From the IMG/VR virus record IMGVR_UViG_3300045988_108551: 64,000 nucleotides of DNA; one strand, written 5' to 3'. A program made the position numbers and the translations under genes. Every line of letters begins with the position of its first letter. Position 1 is the first letter of the stretch. Shown piece after piece: positions 36,576 to 46,473 of this stretch. This stretch comes from a virus. Below the pieces are notes generated by a model, which saw nothing but the letters and a program-made list of their open reading frames with translations, did no database searches and had not been told where the DNA came from.

Positions 36576-37142
36576 CTATTTCAACCTGCCGTAACTCATA
36601 TCAGGATCACACCAGACATACCCGTCTTTCTCATCATGAAGATACTCAGGACATCCTCTACATGCGCTACTTCCTGACACTATTTGATTGTTTTTATTAG
36701 GGCACTTATCTCCAGGTTTATGCCATTCTATTCTCGAACCTGATCGCTCTTTGTTTACATGACAGAATTGAAATACTTTTCCCATCGTCTTCTCGCCGAA
36801 CATACCTATATGTGTGTATTCTTCCGGTATAGATAGAAATTCGGATAAATCTTTATACATCCTTTCCTGTTCTTCCGGCGTAGACCACAGTCTGTCAAGT
36901 TCGGCATGGACTCTTATTTTAAGAGACCTTAGTGATGGGCCCGCAAGCCGGCCTTTAGCTTTTCCCTTATTCGGCCCTGATTCATGAACACCGACATAAG
37001 CGTTGCATGGTTTACACATCATAACCATCCCTAAGCCTTTTCTGCTATATATTTTATCGGCATTGACCAACTCGGTTTCTCTTCCGCAATAAGGGCAAAT
37101 TTCGCCTCTTAAAATCCGTTGTTGCCGCACATTGAGTTCCAT
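36576..37142 (-). CDS. Zinc-ribbon protein (DUF3268-like)
   Basis: CPYCG ... CKPC N-terminal C4 motif followed by GRLAGPSLRSLKIRVHAELDRLW. Confidence 0.65.
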   Translation of the reverse strand: MELNVRQQRILRGEICPYCGRETELVNADKIYSRKGLGMVMMCKPCNAYVGVHESGPNKGKAKGRLAGPSLRSLKIRVHAELDRLWSTPEEQERMYKDLSEFLSIPEEYTHIGMFGEKTMGKVFQFCHVNKERSGSRIEWHKPGDKCPNKNNQIVSGSSACRGCPEYLHDEKDGYVWCDPDMSYGRLK

Positions 37143-37366
37143 ACTCTATCCTTTTGTTTCTCTTTAAACTTTTCATACAAACTGCTTTCAGTTTCCATTT
37201 CCGAGATCTCCACCTCTACGTCCTCTCTTTTGAAAATTACTTTCTTGGCTGTAGGATACGCACATTTAGAGATACGAATAGCATTACGAATAGCATAAAC
37301 AAAATACGTTTCTGGTGATGATTCGATCACCACTACCTCGTTTAAAGTGTTTTTATAATTTTCCAT
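37109..37366 (-). CDS. Hypothetical protein (about 85 aa)
   Basis: Start moved to the internal Met to remove overlap with the upstream gene. Confidence 0.5.
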   Translation of the reverse strand: MENYKNTLNEVVVIESSPETYFVYAIRNAIRISKCAYPTAKKVIFKREDVEVEISEMETESSLYEKFKEKQKDRVWNSMCGNNGF

Positions 37367-37367
37367 G

Positions 37368-37721
37368 TTATCTACTTGCTTCAATTACATACCCTGGATT
37401 ATCTTCACATGCCTCTTTGTATTCGATAAGAAACTTAAGAAATGAATCATAAGACCCCCATCCATTTTCTGGTTCGTATCTCAAAAGACTCTTTCTCTTG
37501 GATATCATAATATATATACCTTTTGTGAGTATCTTCGCCATCTCTTTGGTATCTATTTCCCTACCCAATTCTTCCGGTCTCCAAACATAATCGTATAGTG
37601 TTTCTTTGTTTTCTGATACGAATATTTTTTGTGCCATCTTGTTCATGTTGTGGGTGATGTTTGCAACCCATTTACGATCCTCTTCTTTCTTCTTGCTCTT
37701 AATATAAACGTCCAGGCTCAT
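37368..37721 (-). CDS. Hypothetical protein (117 aa)
   Basis: ORF. Confidence 0.65.
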   Translation of the reverse strand: MSLDVYIKSKKKEEDRKWVANITHNMNKMAQKIFVSENKETLYDYVWRPEELGREIDTKEMAKILTKGIYIMISKRKSLLRYEPENGWGSYDSFLKFLIEYKEACEDNPGYVIEASR

Positions 37722-38712
37722 AATATTTCTCTTTTACTTTGTTATTAATTATCAAATCTGCCACATCATCTCCGTCCCCTACATTCTCAACACTCTGAAG
37801 ATAGTCCGATACTTTTATCCTTGACTTCATCATCATCCCATCTATCTTTTTACTCCATGTGTCAAATGCTTGTCCTTTGTCCGGAAAAGCTACAGTCTTT
37901 CTATCTTTTAAAACATCTATCACTTCCGGTCTTAAGTTCTGCAACCCACCGGTAGCTACAAACAACTCATCTGGTTTATTTACAGCGCATATAATAGCCG
38001 TCTTTTCTGACTCCACCAAATTAACTACCTTATCTGGATACTGGCTTAGAAGATGCTCTCCGAACAGGCATTGCCTAAACAAGAAGTCTCTTGCATGCAA
38101 CGAGTGATAAAACATAACATGAGGCCGCTCATTGTCACCGTCTTTTTCCTTCACTCTTTTTACATCAATCTCATTCCCCTGGCCGTCGGTTTTTATATAA
38201 AAGTCCATGATCTTGCCGGTTCTACATACAAAATCTTTGTCTATCTGCCAGAATATACAACATCCTTTCCATCCCCATAAGTCCATTGTTCCAACATGAT
38301 ACCTTCTGAACACATCAGATACCCTTTCTTTTCCCCATAGAGACGATAAAAATCTAAATACGGTGTTTCTATCGTCTGGAACCACAGTCCTCTCAAACTC
38401 GCTAAAAGGTATGTAATTTACAACGTCAGGATTTACAGGAGGACGATAAGCTCTTATGCACTTGTTTCCCGAGATCCAAAGATCTTTGTCACCTACATCC
38501 TTACCAGTAGGTCGTTTATCGTAACCGCAAGTCCGTTCATGATCGCATCTTCCGAACTCGTTGCCGACAACCTGGCCTGTTGCCACATCAATATAAGGGG
38601 TGAGACACCGGCTTTTCCCGCAAGCTGGGCAGGTTAGCTTCAGTCGGCTCCTGCCCGGCCTGCGGTCAAGTTGAAACCGAGGTACGTTTTCGTATTTTCT
38701 AAAATCAAGCAT
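37699..38712 (-). CDS. Putative DNA primase (zinc-finger plus Toprim-like); function tentative
   Basis: N-terminal CPACGKS ... CDHERTC zinc-binding motif, a central acidic ESEKTAI ... PDKGQ region weakly Toprim-like, and a position 1 kb from the DnaB-like helicase. Confidence 0.7.
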   Translation of the reverse strand: MLDFRKYENVPRFQLDRRPGRSRLKLTCPACGKSRCLTPYIDVATGQVVGNEFGRCDHERTCGYDKRPTGKDVGDKDLWISGNKCIRAYRPPVNPDVVNYIPFSEFERTVVPDDRNTVFRFLSSLWGKERVSDVFRRYHVGTMDLWGWKGCCIFWQIDKDFVCRTGKIMDFYIKTDGQGNEIDVKRVKEKDGDNERPHVMFYHSLHARDFLFRQCLFGEHLLSQYPDKVVNLVESEKTAIICAVNKPDELFVATGGLQNLRPEVIDVLKDRKTVAFPDKGQAFDTWSKKIDGMMMKSRIKVSDYLQSVENVGDGDDVADLIINNKVKEKYYEPGRLY

Positions 38713-39055
38713 TTTTAACTCCTCTCATCGCCTCTATGATTCTATCTGCTATAGTTATAGACCATGACACCACATCTGGTATATATACTCCGCAATCTAT
38801 TTCTCCTTTTCTATCTTGCATTTTAATGAACTCAATAGAATAAGCCTTAACAAGATCGAATCTACGTTGTTCCCAATCCACGTCTTTGTTTTCATCATCC
38901 ACAGGAAGGGTATCGAGATAATAATTTAAACTCTCATTTATCACACTTCCTTTGCTGTCATAGAATTGTATTTTGTCACAGTCGCTTCTTGTAGTTGAGC
39001 CGCTGAAGGTGATTACGTCTATTATCTCCCCGGTTCTTCTAATTTTTCTTTTCAT
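38705..39055 (-). CDS. Hypothetical protein (116 aa)
   Basis: ORF. Confidence 0.65.
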   Translation of the reverse strand: MKRKIRRTGEIIDVITFSGSTTRSDCDKIQFYDSKGSVINESLNYYLDTLPVDDENKDVDWEQRRFDLVKAYSIEFIKMQDRKGEIDCGVYIPDVVSWSITIADRIIEAMRGVKNA

Positions 39056-39285
39056 ACTCTTCTTGTGTTTCTAACCAGTATAGGCATTGTCACATTAACA
39101 GTCTTGCCATATTTCTCGTAAGATGTGAGTATGCATATTGCATACTTATCCCCTATTTTCAAATCTTTCGATAATCTTAATCTTGAACCCCTTTTGATGT
39201 TAATAAAATAATCACCAAAAGGATTGATACATATCGGTTTTACGATTTCCACATAATCTCCTTTAGGAATAACAATATCACTCAT
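39052..39285 (-). CDS. Hypothetical protein (77 aa)
   Basis: ATGA overlaps at both ends. Confidence 0.55.
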   Translation of the reverse strand: MSDIVIPKGDYVEIVKPICINPFGDYFINIKRGSRLRLSKDLKIGDKYAICILTSYEKYGKTVNVTMPILVRNTRRV

Positions 39286-40598
39286 ATTACGAATCTTTTA
39301 GACATTTCCTCAGCAATATCATATACGACAATATGATCCTCTTCATTGTACGGCTTATTGATATTCAGCACTCCTTTTCTCACTTTAAACCTCTTATCTT
39401 TTCTGATATGATTCAACATCCCTTGTTGGAATACACAGTCTGCCTTCTCCATAGCAGCATTTTTATCAGACCATTCCTTTAGCGTATAACCTTTACTGTT
39501 CGTGCTTTTTGGAGAAAAATTCATAATACGTGCATCAATTCCGTACCAGTTTTTAACCATTCTCCTTTCAGCCTCCAATTGAAAAGCATGTTCATTTCGT
39601 ATGTCACCTGATTTAAAATCTAAGATAACAATCTCTTCTTTCTCCACTTCTCTCACTTCCTTCTTCGGATCTCCTTTTTTGAACTGCCCCGTAGCCCTTT
39701 GATACACGGCTCCAAAATAACCTTCTTCTTTGTATTTGAATGTCATTTTAACCATCGCATCTATCGGCGTAGCTACCAAATAATCTTCTAATGACAATAT
39801 TCTTTCAATCATCATCGGCTTAACCTTATACTCTGAACAAAATTTAGCAAACTTCATAACTCTGACAATCATATCGTCAAGATCATCTATGCTACCAAAG
39901 AATTTGTCAAGATTCTTTTTTGATATTTTAAGCTTGCCTTCTTGCACTGTCTTAACTATAAAACTTCGATTTAAGACCATATCTCTACCCGTCAAGTACA
40001 ATCCGTATAGGTAGTGCATGATCGTTCCTTTATCTGCATCATATTCTGATACTTCTTCCGGATTGCGACCAATCATCCTCATCTCCTGTCTCCATTCTTG
40101 AAGAGCCGTCTTGTCATCTACGAATCCGTCTCTGATCATGGTTGTTACCGAAGCATATATCTTGGCTGTCCCATCGTCCATCTTTCTTACATAAAAACGA
40201 TTACCGTCTAATGTCAATCTTACGAATTTGGGAGTCTCGATCTTCTTTAACTCATCACAGATATAAAACGGCTCTAACGTTTCCTGATTTTCTGTAAACG
40301 GATTCGAATCCTCTTCTCCAGGGTTAGGAGCGGCTTCCTCCGCCGGAGCTTCCGGTTCCTCCTTCTGGGCCTGCTCTGGCTCAGGCGCCGGCTCTTCAAC
40401 TACTGGAACCTGTCCACCTCTTTCCGCTATGTCTCTGTTCTTTATTAAAGACATAACCTCCTTCTTCAACTGCTCTGGTGTTTGGTTAGGATCTGACACC
40501 GACATCACAACATCGTTCATTCTAAACAACGTATTTCCTTCTCCTTCTACCATAGGCGCAAACCCTAAATCTGTCAATATTTTTATTTTCTCTTTCAT
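39282..40598 (-). CDS. PD-(D/E)XK-family nuclease with an acidic linker and an unknown N-terminal domain
   Basis: GTIMHYL, PIDAMVK, EEIVILDFKSGD (D/ExK) and QLEAE motifs in the C-terminal half. Pro/Glu-rich linker (EPEQAQKEEPEAPAEEAAP). Confidence 0.8.
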   Translation of the reverse strand: MKEKIKILTDLGFAPMVEGEGNTLFRMNDVVMSVSDPNQTPEQLKKEVMSLIKNRDIAERGGQVPVVEEPAPEPEQAQKEEPEAPAEEAAPNPGEEDSNPFTENQETLEPFYICDELKKIETPKFVRLTLDGNRFYVRKMDDGTAKIYASVTTMIRDGFVDDKTALQEWRQEMRMIGRNPEEVSEYDADKGTIMHYLYGLYLTGRDMVLNRSFIVKTVQEGKLKISKKNLDKFFGSIDDLDDMIVRVMKFAKFCSEYKVKPMMIERILSLEDYLVATPIDAMVKMTFKYKEEGYFGAVYQRATGQFKKGDPKKEVREVEKEEIVILDFKSGDIRNEHAFQLEAERRMVKNWYGIDARIMNFSPKSTNSKGYTLKEWSDKNAAMEKADCVFQQGMLNHIRKDKRFKVRKGVLNINKPYNEEDHIVVYDIAEEMSKRFVI

Positions 40599-40780
40599 GA
40601 TCTTCCTCTAATCAATTCTTCTTTAATACAATGTAACACTGTTTCCACTTCATCTTTATCTCTATCTTTCACTGCGATAGCTATATCCTTGCCATAACTC
40701 TCTCTTCGTATGTGAGCATAAAAGATAGTTTCATCGTCAGCTTCTATTCTTATTTTATAAAGTTTTCTCATATCTGTCAA
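40595..40780 (-). CDS. Small hypothetical protein (61 aa)
   Basis: ORF. Confidence 0.45.
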   Translation of the reverse strand: MTDMRKLYKIRIEADDETIFYAHIRRESYGKDIAIAVKDRDKDEVETVLHCIKEELIRGRS

Positions 40781-41270
40781 TTATTTCAATAATTAATCTA
40801 CCTCTTTCTTTAATCATTCCCCTGCTTTCCATATCCAGTACCTTCTTTACCGCATACTTCCACACAAAAGGAAATTCTGTTTCAAGTTTATCAAATTCCA
40901 TCCGGTCAAGATACATGTCGAATACCGTATGCTCCGATTCATGAAGGAAAACTATATTATCCCTGCAAGTAGCAACCGACTTATATATCCTTTTCGGAAG
41001 TATGTGACATACGTTACATACTGTAGGAAAATGAATAGCCTTACCGGTCATAGACATTCGAATAGTACTCAACTCCTCCAACATAAGACGAAAAAACCCG
41101 GATAAATCCGGGTTCTCTAACTTTTTCTTCTTGCTGCTGTTTTTAATGGATGTAATTCTGTCTTTTTTCTTCGGAGTCAACTCTTTGCTCCTGCAAGCCT
41201 GGCATAAGCCATGACTTCTTATCATTACTTTTCGTCCGCATTTTTCGCAGACGTACAATATCTTTTCCAC
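40755..41270 (-). CDS. Zinc-ribbon hypothetical protein (171 aa)
   Basis: CEKCG ... CQAC N-terminus and an HILPKR ... H..E.H region. Confidence 0.65.
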   Translation of the reverse strand: MEKILYVCEKCGRKVMIRSHGLCQACRSKELTPKKKDRITSIKNSSKKKKLENPDLSGFFRLMLEELSTIRMSMTGKAIHFPTVCNVCHILPKRIYKSVATCRDNIVFLHESEHTVFDMYLDRMEFDKLETEFPFVWKYAVKKVLDMESRGMIKERGRLIIEIIDRYEKTL

Positions 41271-41476
41271 TTTTTATATTTCGATACAAGCGATATGTAT
41301 TTAGATATAAGCGATATACTTGAAAAAGATAACGCCGTTAAAGACAGCGTATATGGTAAGTTCATTAACCATCTTGGCACTTCTTCTGTCTTAATCACTA
41401 TCAGTAAAGTAGCACCTGCCACTACCAATAATACAATTGCTGTCGCAAGTGCTACACGGGAAACAACATCACTCAT
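41225..41476 (-). CDS. Putative small membrane protein (83 aa)
   Basis: Hydrophobic LATAIVLLVVAGATLLIVI segment. Overlaps the downstream gene by about 46 nt, so uncertain. Confidence 0.35.
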   Translation of the reverse strand: MSDVVSRVALATAIVLLVVAGATLLIVIKTEEVPRWLMNLPYTLSLTALSFSSISLISKYISLVSKYKKWKRYCTSAKNADEK

Positions 41477-41939
41477 CAGTTTTCTTTTCTCCCAATTTTT
41501 CTACGCCTTTTTGCAGATCGTATTTAAACACTTCAATGATTTTCGTTTCCACAATAGACTCGCAATTCCAGTCTCCTAACGTACCCTGCATACCTTTAGT
41601 CAACACAGCTTCGGCATCCTTAGGATTGCCGGCCTGGATATACATATAGCATGGAGTTTTCTTTTCTTTACCTTTCTTTTCATCCAGTGTAATGTAATTC
41701 ACCTTACACTTATACCAGTACTCAGCTTCTCCGTTGAAGAAGATTTCCGACACTTTAATAGGATTAATTTTTACAACCTCGAAAGATTTGTACAAATCCT
41801 TGAAGATCTCCAACGATCTTGATTCTGCCTCTGTGTAAGACAAGGCATCTACCAAATACTTTTCAGTTACTTTCTTTTTTTTGCCGTTCTCGATATTATC
41901 AATCTCGGCTTTTACCGTAATTTCAAACCAGCGATTCAT
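41469..41939 (-). CDS. DUF4494-like protein
   Basis: N-terminus MNRWFEITVKAE ... KKKKVTEKYLVDALSYTEAESR resembles the DUF4494 family common in Bacteroidota and their phages, from memory. Confidence 0.65.
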   Translation of the reverse strand: MNRWFEITVKAEIDNIENGKKKKVTEKYLVDALSYTEAESRSLEIFKDLYKSFEVVKINPIKVSEIFFNGEAEYWYKCKVNYITLDEKKGKEKKTPCYMYIQAGNPKDAEAVLTKGMQGTLGDWNCESIVETKIIEVFKYDLQKGVEKLGEKKTDE

Positions 41940-41950
41940 TGTATTAATAT

Positions 41951-42229
41951 TTAATTAGTTGATTTCTTTCCTTTCTCTATACTATTTTTAAGTCTTTCAG
42001 AACACCACTGCAAAACGTCCATCATCATCATCTCATTGTTGGATAAGATACCTTTTATAATTAACGCCAATTGATGCTGTGACATTCTTAGGCTCATATC
42101 AAATCTTCTTTCCTCTTCATTTACTATCGTGGCTACGAAATACTTACACCCCTCTAAGTGCGTCAGGGCTTCAATCATAGCTTCTTTTATCTCTTTTTCT
42201 TCCATTCTGTTTGTTTTTTTTTTGGACAA
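41951..42229 (-). CDS. Hypothetical protein (92 aa)
   Basis: ORF. Confidence 0.6.
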   Translation of the reverse strand: MSKKKTNRMEEKEIKEAMIEALTHLEGCKYFVATIVNEEERRFDMSLRMSQHQLALIIKGILSNNEMMMMDVLQWCSERLKNSIEKGKKSTN

Positions 42230-42281
42230 AGATATGTCTTTTGATAATAAAAAAGATTCAAAATGATTTAATTTAGCTTAA

Positions 42282-42950
42282 TTACGGCTCTTTTGATTCG
42301 TCCGGTATAGGCATGTCAAACTTTTTTCTGATAAACGACTCTGTTTCTTCATTGAATGGATAGGCCTCCTTAATAAAATTCATAGCTACCTCCATATCAC
42401 CGTCTGCTATATCTTTATACCTTTCAAAGATACCAATCAGGTCATTGTTATATGAACGCTCTTGTTTTATGTTGTACACGTATTTCAACACCCTGTCTTT
42501 AATTTCATTGGCTTTTTTCACAGTATCATTGAAGGAATTTATACTTTCCAATTCTGGATCTTTGTTTTCCTTGTTTACCTTATCAAACTCTTCCTTGCTA
42601 TATCCTGCTTCTCCTGTAATGGCTGGGCAAACACTTCCATTTATGATCCAAAACTGTTCATACGATCCTATCAGAAACTTTGATTCCATTTTAAATGCAT
42701 TATATTTAATAAGCAAATTAGCCACCTCTGTTGCACCTTCTATGGTTCTAAAACCGATACCGATATCTTTTAACATAAATACTGGAACTCCAGTTCTTGG
42801 ATACACGACTTCTTTTTTGTTCTTTATATTCCAGTTTTTAGCTTCAATTGGAATACCTTTACCAGCAAGCTCTTTGTCTATATACAGATATATCTCTTTG
42901 CATGTCAATGACACGATCTCATCTCTGCTTAAATCAAAAACTGTTTTCAT
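42282..42950 (-). CDS. Hypothetical protein (222 aa)
   Basis: ORF. Confidence 0.75.
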   Translation of the reverse strand: MKTVFDLSRDEIVSLTCKEIYLYIDKELAGKGIPIEAKNWNIKNKKEVVYPRTGVPVFMLKDIGIGFRTIEGATEVANLLIKYNAFKMESKFLIGSYEQFWIINGSVCPAITGEAGYSKEEFDKVNKENKDPELESINSFNDTVKKANEIKDRVLKYVYNIKQERSYNNDLIGIFERYKDIADGDMEVAMNFIKEAYPFNEETESFIRKKFDMPIPDESKEP

Positions 42951-43150
42951 TTATTTTTATTTATTAAATTAAACAATCTACCTCTTTGTTCAGGCTCCGT
43001 ATATTCTACCCATATATCGGCTGCCACATTTCTAAGAAATTCCATAAAGTCATGATGATCCCTGTATTCAACAGAATCGACTTTTCTCACAAAACTTAGG
43101 ATTTCCTTTAACATCTTATTGTTTTCTTCAAGAAGCTCTCTGTCGGTCAT
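42947..43150 (-). CDS. Hypothetical protein (67 aa)
   Basis: ATGA overlap. Confidence 0.5.
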   Translation of the reverse strand: MTDRELLEENNKMLKEILSFVRKVDSVEYRDHHDFMEFLRNVAADIWVEYTEPEQRGRLFNLINKNK

Positions 43151-43335
43151 AACCTTTCAAATTTTCTTCTTAATTTATTCATTCTTCTATTTTCTTTAAA
43201 ACAAGGAAATGGCTTATCTTTTACCGATAAATAACCATCTTGAATACAGTCGCTTATAGCTTTAGAGGATAGTATTTTTACTAATTTTGTACCCGATCTA
43301 TCATTAGGATCGTCAAGTCCTAAAACGTTTTGCAT
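43147..43335 (-). CDS. Hypothetical protein (62 aa)
   Basis: ORF. Confidence 0.45.
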   Translation of the reverse strand: MQNVLGLDDPNDRSGTKLVKILSSKAISDCIQDGYLSVKDKPFPCFKENRRMNKLRRKFERL

Positions 43336-43540
43336 TCCGGTATTAGACCTCGCCTCTACGAATTAAATAACATTCTCCTTTTTTATTAGGATGCTTCTTA
43401 AACGGATCTTTTGGCAAATATATGTATTCATACTTATCAGTACATTTTTTTTGTTTCTCCAAATTGGATGAAGTGTTTTTCCTTTTTTGTCTCATAACTC
43501 TAACTTTTAAAAATGAATAATTAATTGAGTATATAATTAC

Positions 43541-43807
43541 CTAAGGTAATAGATCATCCAAATAAGCCCATGATTCCATTTCATCTAATCTGCATAAAAT
43601 ACATCCTGGACGGCTGGATATAAAAGTTCTGTTCTCTTCCAATATACCCATAATTGGATTCTTTGATCCTATTGTTGATTTCTTAGGGAGAAACACAATA
43701 AAACGGTGGCAATCTGGAATTACTGTTATAGAATGCCACACGCTGTTAATGCGCCACTCTGCACCAGCTTTAAAAAGAGGAACAGCATATTCTATATCTT
43801 GTTTCAT
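43541..43807 (-). CDS. Hypothetical protein (88 aa)
   Basis: ORF. Confidence 0.55.
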   Translation of the reverse strand: MKQDIEYAVPLFKAGAEWRINSVWHSITVIPDCHRFIVFLPKKSTIGSKNPIMGILEENRTFISSRPGCILCRLDEMESWAYLDDLLP

Positions 43808-43851
43808 GTCTTATTATTGTTTAATTAATTTAAATATTTTTAGTTTTGAAA

Positions 43852-44097
43852 TTATTTAATATGCTTATCGGCTGGATTGATTATCAATCCATCGTCACAT
43901 GAAGGGAATGATATGTTAGATTCTCCATTATCAAGATTAGTCAGTTTAACCGTTCCAGCATATTCATCATCCACAAAAAACAATTGACCCGAAGAAACCA
44001 CAAACCTGCATTGATATGTATTCATCATTGCTCCAAGTTGTCTAATCTTAGTTTTAATCTCTAAAAGTTGAGCGTTGTTGATTATATTCTTATTCAT
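43852..44097 (-). CDS. Hypothetical protein (about 81 aa)
   Basis: Start moved to the internal Met (MNKNIINNAQ...) to avoid a 130-nt overlap with 44106..44561. Confidence 0.5.
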   Translation of the reverse strand: MNKNIINNAQLLEIKTKIRQLGAMMNTYQCRFVVSSGQLFFVDDEYAGTVKLTNLDNGESNISFPSCDDGLIINPADKHIK

Positions 44098-44105
44098 ATT
44101 TTTTT

Positions 44106-44561
44106 TTAGTTTTGAATTAATGTGAAAAGGGCAATTATAGTCGCAACTGATATAATAGATAAAATAACATTTGCCAATGTATGCCTTAAAAGGCGTCTTT
44201 CGAGATTTGCGATATGCTTTCTTAGTCCTTCGCAATGTTTTTTTGTAGACCTGGATTCTTTGAGTTCTTTGTTGTATTTTATCATATTTTTGTCACACCA
44301 TTTCATTATATCAGCACTTGCTTTGTTAAGCATATCTCTGATTTTTTCATCATCATAGAATGGTATTTCAACATCAACACAAGTATTTGGCCTGTATAAT
44401 AATCCGTATGTATCAAAGCACACTTTCAATGTGACAACTTCAGGCTTAGCCATTTCTTCGGCTTGTTTCTTTATCTGCTCATCTGTTGCTTCGGCTTTAG
44501 CTTTAAGCTCATTGTAGTCTTCTATATTCAGCAAAGCCATGTTTTCAAATTTTGTATTCAT
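44106..44561 (-). CDS. C-terminally membrane-anchored coiled-coil protein (151 aa)
   Basis: C-terminal TM segment VILSIISVATIIALFTLI. Confidence 0.65.
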   Translation of the reverse strand: MNTKFENMALLNIEDYNELKAKAEATDEQIKKQAEEMAKPEVVTLKVCFDTYGLLYRPNTCVDVEIPFYDDEKIRDMLNKASADIMKWCDKNMIKYNKELKESRSTKKHCEGLRKHIANLERRLLRHTLANVILSIISVATIIALFTLIQN

Positions 44562-44747
44562 ATCTACTATTTCTTATTTAGAGTGAATGTTTGCCAAATG
44601 CTTTATCCCAACGCCTGTTTGTTATCTGTACACGTACTACCAACGCATCACGATATTTACGGGATTATATGGTTCTTATGTGGCGGATGTTGATAATCCT
44701 AACAACGCATTCGTACTGATTTTTGCAAACTGTTCACTCAATTATTT

Positions 44748-44999
44748 TTAATTTTTAATTAATTCAACTCCTATAATATCTTCGTAATCAATATAGTGCA
44801 TCATTGAAACACCGTTGTCATCATTAGCCATTATTTCAACACAAGCAGAACATCTATTGAATGCACCTTCGATTGTTATACCCGTTAATTGCCTAAAGAA
44901 TCCTAAAAATTTCTTTGGCCTGATAATCCTAATACGGACAAGATCATTCCAAGTTATTCCTTTATATTCACAAATAGATTTAAACTTCTCGGCTGTCAT
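44748..44999 (-). CDS. Hypothetical protein (83 aa)
   Basis: ORF. Confidence 0.55.
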   Translation of the reverse strand: MTAEKFKSICEYKGITWNDLVRIRIIRPKKFLGFFRQLTGITIEGAFNRCSACVEIMANDDNGVSMMHYIDYEDIIGVELIKN

Positions 45000-45018
45000 A
45001 ATTCGATTATTTTAGCTG

Positions 45019-45297
45019 TTAGTCATTTTTTGGAATCCAGTTATCCGTATCACAGTGAAAGCAATATCCGGTTTTAGGATGCTCCGCACCGTCTTTAGCT
45101 CCGCAGGTTCCGCAATAATATTCCTTATCATATTCTGGGGAAAGACCTTTATTTCGTTCTTTGATAACAGCTTTTCTTTCTTCGAGCATCATCATTTTAT
45201 CAGGATTACGACTCAAATAAAACTTTCTGACTTTATGTATTTGCTTATCAAACAGATCATCGGACTCGGCAATTTGTTTTGCTGTATATTTACTCAT
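45019..45297 (-). CDS. Zinc-finger hypothetical protein (about 92 aa)
   Basis: ATG two codons inside the TTG-initiated track ORF. CGTCGAKDGAEHPKTGYCFHCD motif. Confidence 0.6.
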   Translation of the reverse strand: MSKYTAKQIAESDDLFDKQIHKVRKFYLSRNPDKMMMLEERKAVIKERNKGLSPEYDKEYYCGTCGAKDGAEHPKTGYCFHCDTDNWIPKND

Positions 45298-45456
45298 GCT
45301 CAATTATTTTTAAAGTTTATCTATTATTTTGTCACCCATTTCCTGCCATTCATCACTCACGCTTATAACCAATCCTATGATAATGAATGATAATAACAAC
45401 GTAAAAATAAGTCATAACAGAAAGCAGATAAAAACACATACATACCTCATGATTTT

Positions 45457-46203
45457 TTAGTTGTTAGATAAAAGCAAAATCGGTTCATTTGACTCCGCAA
45501 TTGCTTTTATTTGTTCTGGATTGATAAAACTCTTAACTTGTTCGCTTATATTACAAATGGACTTGATCATATCAACGAATAATTTCGAGGTACATTCGTT
45601 ACACTCCACTTCCATTACCTGTTTATGTCTATTGTATGATATGCTCGTTACACAATTCAGCCAGTGCGCATAGGTTCCTTTTTCTGTATTTAACCTGCTG
45701 TATTCTACTTTTGTCTCTCCATTTCCATATTCAATTACTCTTTTTAGAAATGGTTTTGCATAAACACTAAAACCGAAAGGTTGGGCGTTTAAGGCATCTA
45801 AACGGGAAGTTCCATCCCTCCATTCTCCATTTTCATCGCCTCCTGTCCATTCCTTAGAGGGGTTAGGGACAATATTTCCGTTTTTGTCATATGAAAACAG
45901 GCAATTCGTTTCCAGTTGATACTTAATAACAGGCACTTCTTCTACTATTTTATAACTCAAACATCTCTTCAGAACTTTCCTGATTTGACTCACTAGATCA
46001 GAAAATGATGTGCTATTGAAATATCCTTCGTTACCTAATCTGTTTGTAGGTAATTTGATCCCATAAGAACGAATCTTATCCACATCTTCTTTTGATAAAG
46101 TAGTGGTAAGCACTCCTTTTTGGGTGATATTCACTTTAACAGTTACAGATAAACTGTTGTTATCATTCTTTTCCGTTATATTTAGTGTTGTTAATACTGC
46201 CAT
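45457..46203 (-). CDS. Hypothetical protein (248 aa)
   Basis: ORF. Confidence 0.75.
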   Translation of the reverse strand: MAVLTTLNITEKNDNNSLSVTVKVNITQKGVLTTTLSKEDVDKIRSYGIKLPTNRLGNEGYFNSTSFSDLVSQIRKVLKRCLSYKIVEEVPVIKYQLETNCLFSYDKNGNIVPNPSKEWTGGDENGEWRDGTSRLDALNAQPFGFSVYAKPFLKRVIEYGNGETKVEYSRLNTEKGTYAHWLNCVTSISYNRHKQVMEVECNECTSKLFVDMIKSICNISEQVKSFINPEQIKAIAESNEPILLLSNN

Positions 46204-46221
46204 AATCAGATCTTTTTAAAA

Positions 46222-46473
46222 TCAATTTGAATAAATATAATGCATTCCTGCTTCATATACCTTATGTACATCAGGGTCATTCTTGTCTTCCGGTTCCAAT
46301 TCACTCTCTTCACAAGTATAATCCCATTCAGAGTTGTAGTACATATCCTCGTCTGTTTTCTCCAAGGAACAATCTTTCATTAGATTCATATTTTCTCCCC
46401 ATACTGCAACTTCTTGCTGTTGCTCTTCTTCTGTCATAAGGGATATTTTGTCTTTCAATTCTTTCCAGGTCAT
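46222..46473 (-). CDS. Acidic hypothetical protein (83 aa)
   Basis: ORF. Confidence 0.55.
   Translation of the reverse strand: MTWKELKDKISLMTEEEQQQEVAVWGENMNLMKDCSLEKTDEDMYYNSEWDYTCEESELEPEDKNDPDVHKVYEAGMHYIYSN

Noticed and set aside
44738-45315. 15-bp repeat CTCAATTATTTTTAA at about 44738 and about 45301.
   Set aside because: In DNA this AT-rich, roughly ten 15-mer coincidences are expected by chance in 64 kb; it is not significant on its own.
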